Positions 61,507-64,000 of a stretch of 64,000 bases of DNA are shown piece after piece (within the stretch, counting starts at the first letter, position 1; each line of letters starts with the position of its first letter). The stretch covers positions 128,001-192,000 of the forward strand of contig CAWETW010000002.1 of assembly GCA_963812155.1 (NCBI GenBank), in the 5' to 3' direction. The notes under the pieces are model-generated. The model saw nothing but the letters and a program-made list of their open reading frames with translations. It was not told where the DNA came from and made no database searches. The position numbers were made by a program, and so were the translations under genes. Source of the DNA: Vulcanimicrobiota bacterium. GTDB lineage: Bacteria > Vulcanimicrobiota > Vulcanimicrobiia > Vulcanimicrobiales > Vulcanimicrobiaceae.

Positions 61507-62834
61507 CAGTTCGTCAGCGTTGCTGCGGCTTTGCCGCGCGTCCACAGGAGGTAGGCCGGGACGGCACTGAGGACGATGACGATCCCGACGAGCCCGTCGC
61601 GCGGATCGGCTAGGCATGCGGCCGCCGCGACACCCCAGGATGCGACCAAATAGAGGCCGGTCGAAACGGGATGACCGGGCGCGCGAAACGTTCCCGGCGG
61701 CATCGCATGCGTGTCGCGCGCTCGCAGAACGAAGACGGCTAGCGCGAGCAGGCCGTTGAATGCGTAGAACGTGGCGACGACGTAATTCAAAATCTGTTCG
61801 TAGTTACCCCAGAGCGCGACGATCGTCGCGACCACTCCCTGCACCGCGATTGCGAAGACGGGCGCGTGCGTGCGCGGATTGACGTGTGCGACGTGGCGAA
61901 AGAAAAGCCCGTCTTGCGCCATAGCTTGATAGAGGCGCGGGACCGTCAGCATCCGATTGCTGATGAAACCCAGCGTCACCACCGCCACGACGATCGACGC
62001 GACGCGGCTTGCAGCCTTTCCCGTCGAAGCGAGCAGCACCGACGAAGCGGGTACGGCCGTGTGCGCCAAACCATGCAGACCCAGCACGCGCACGCAACTC
62101 ACGTTGACGAGCACGTAGAGAATCGTCACGCACGCCATGCCGACGATCAGACCAATTGGGAGCGTTCGAAGTTCATTTTTTGTTTCGGGGGCCATGAAGT
62201 TGGCGACCATTGCGCCGTTATAACTGAAGAGAATCGGAACCATCGCGAAAGCGAACGCGGCCGGCCACACCGGCATCGTCGTCGCGCTTACCGCAACGGA
62301 ATCCGCGGCGGGACGCGCGTAGATGCCGGCAGCCACGATCGCCAGCAGCGCGACGATCTTCAGCAAGGTCAAGGCGCCTTGCAGCCGGTTCCCGGCGCGC
62401 GCTCCCAGGGCGTTCACGACTGCCAGGATTGCGATGACCGCGGCCGCGACGATTGCGGGCCACATGCGAAGCCCGGTAAGCGAAAGAAAATACCCCGCAA
62501 ACAGTACGGCGGCCGCCGCAATTCCGCCGCTGAACGAGGCCAGCAATCCGGTCCAGCCATACGCGAATCCGACGATGGGATGAAAAGCGTCGCGCAGATA
62601 CGCGTACGGTCCACCACCTTTCGGAAGGCGCGCGCCGAGTTCGCCCAGGACGAACGCGCCGCACAGCGCGACGATGCCGCCGGCCAACCACACTGCCGGC
62701 ACGAAAGCCGCTGCCGGCAGACGTTGCGCGACGACCGCCGGCGTCCGAAAGATTCCCGAGCCGACGACGCTCCCGACGACGATGAGCGCCACGTCGTAAA
62801 GCCCGAGGTGGCGCGGTAGCGCCGGCGAGCGCAC
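61506..62834 (-). CDS. APC family amino acid permease
   Basis: VGSVVGSGIF, ELG..P..GG.Y.Y, PRLYQAMAQDGLF. Confidence 0.9.
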   Translation of the reverse strand: MRSPALPRHLGLYDVALIVVGSVVGSGIFRTPAVVAQRLPAAAFVPAVWLAGGIVALCGAFVLGELGARLPKGGGPYAYLRDAFHPIVGFAYGWTGLLASFSGGIAAAAVLFAGYFLSLTGLRMWPAIVAAAVIAILAVVNALGARAGNRLQGALTLLKIVALLAIVAAGIYARPAADSVAVSATTMPVWPAAFAFAMVPILFSYNGAMVANFMAPETKNELRTLPIGLIVGMACVTILYVLVNVSCVRVLGLHGLAHTAVPASSVLLASTGKAASRVASIVVAVVTLGFISNRMLTVPRLYQAMAQDGLFFRHVAHVNPRTHAPVFAIAVQGVVATIVALWGNYEQILNYVVATFYAFNGLLALAVFVLRARDTHAMPPGTFRAPGHPVSTGLYLVASWGVAAAACLADPRDGLVGIVIVLSAVPAYLLWTRGKAAATLTN

Positions 62835-62837
62835 GGG

Positions 62838-63662
62838 TTAGACCGGCGTTTCGCCGATTACCGTCGCGCGGCGAACCAGCCGGCGCGCCGGAAAGTAGTC
62901 GGCCAGCGCGCAATGCTGCGTCCAGCGATTGTCCCATATGGCAACGGTACCCGCGCTCCATCGCCAACGCACTTGAAACTCCGGCGCGCTCATATGCTCG
63001 AAGAGGAAGCGCAGCAACGCTTCGCTCTCGCGCGCGGAGAGGTTTTCGATATGTGAGGTGAAGTCTTGATTGACGAAGAGCGCTTTTCGTCCGGTCGCGG
63101 GATTGGTGCGCGCGACGGGATGCGACACCGGCGGATGCGCCGCATAGATGGCCTCGCGGCGGTTTTCCATCCCGAGCGCAGAAAAACGATCCGGCGTGAA
63201 GTTCTTAGCGAAGGAATGGACCGCGCGCAGGCCGCCCACGAACTGCTTCATCGGGCCGGAAAGCGCTTCGTATGCCAGATACATGTTGGCCCATAACGTG
63301 TCCCCGCCGATTTCCGGTATTTCTTCGGCGTAAAGAACCGCGGCCTTGGGCGGCTTCGCGAGATACGTTACGTCTGTGTGCCACCGGTCGCTGTTGGCAC
63401 GCCGCGCCGCGTCGTGCTCCAACACCATAATTTCCGGAGCGCTCTCGTGACCCGGATAGAACGGATGGAGGTAGAGCGGACCGAAACGCGCGGCAAGGTC
63501 GCGCTGCTGCACGGGCGTAAGCGATTGATTTTGGAAGAACAGCACGAGGCGGTCGCCGAGCGCCCCTTCTAACTCGGCGATATCCGTTTCAGAGAGCGGC
63601 TCGCGCAAATCCACGCCTTCGACGACGGCGCCAATGCCCGGCGTGAGCGGTGTCGTCTTCAC
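62838..63662 (-). CDS. tauD: Taurine dioxygenase (TauD/TfdA family)
   Basis: WHTDVTY (HxD), GGDTLWA, HPVAR, WDNRWTQH. Confidence 0.9.
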   Translation of the reverse strand: MKTTPLTPGIGAVVEGVDLREPLSETDIAELEGALGDRLVLFFQNQSLTPVQQRDLAARFGPLYLHPFYPGHESAPEIMVLEHDAARRANSDRWHTDVTYLAKPPKAAVLYAEEIPEIGGDTLWANMYLAYEALSGPMKQFVGGLRAVHSFAKNFTPDRFSALGMENRREAIYAAHPPVSHPVARTNPATGRKALFVNQDFTSHIENLSARESEALLRFLFEHMSAPEFQVRWRWSAGTVAIWDNRWTQHCALADYFPARRLVRRATVIGETPV

Positions 63663-63675
63663 TCCGTTGTCCTCA

Positions 63676-64000
63676 TTATGGTGGGAGCGGCGCCCAGGCG
63701 TGCACGCCGTCGTCTGAAATCGACCACGGCCGCGCGCCGGTACGGCTGCGATAGTATCCCCCGTTCGTGCAGCCGCCGCCGGCGCCTATCGCCAACGCAC
63801 AGAAATAGGCGCGTACGTAACCACCGTCCCACGACAGCGATTCGCGCATACATGCCGTCATGAACTGCGGATATGCGGTGGCACCCCAATCGGCTGCAAG
63901 CGTCACGTCCCAACCGGTAACGTCTTGGTGCTCGATGCGCGCGCGATAGAGTTTGCATCCGCTTGCGCCCAAGATGAGCGGGTCAGCGTGCCCCGGGAGG
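63676..64000 (-). CDS. Hypothetical protein, 5' end outside the window
   Basis: Frame stays open to the window edge; stop lies 13 nt upstream of tauD. Confidence 0.5.
   Translation of the reverse strand, partial: LPGHADPLILGASGCKLYRARIEHQDVTGWDVTLAADWGATAYPQFMTACMRESLSWDGGYVRAYFCALAIGAGGGCTNGGYYRSRTGARPWSISDDGVHAWAPLPP

Overview
GC-rich bacterial chromosomal window with about 55 genes, one tRNA-Ile2(CAU) and no integrase, transposase or CRISPR array. The gene repertoire (many lipoproteins, cyclase-STAND-TPR, phospholipase C-type phosphoesterase, S53 protease) suggests a soil diderm such as Eremiobacterota; this is inference only. Main points: (1) a tightly packed ~15 kb operon (29.9-45.1 kb) of degenerate 2H-like protein, outer-membrane barrel, AspT, AspD, a tripartite RND pump, a second AspT paralog and a large Orn/Lys/Arg-family decarboxylase, next to a divergent MmyB-type regulator; (2) an uncharacterised redox operon (22.1-27.2 kb) of small barrel protein, Cys-less SthA-like flavoprotein, His-rich hypothetical, DyP peroxidase and membrane protein; (3) a membrane protein with two PmoC/AmoC-like D-x3-H...P-x-H motifs coupled to a GT39 glycosyltransferase; (4) a coupled tauD-permease-ThrC-like operon; (5) readable regulatory sites (ECF42 promoter, face-to-face katG/fur promoters with a Fur box, an 18-bp ArsR palindrome). 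Four genes carry single-base frameshifts that are probably consensus errors. All calls come from motif recognition; no database searches were run.
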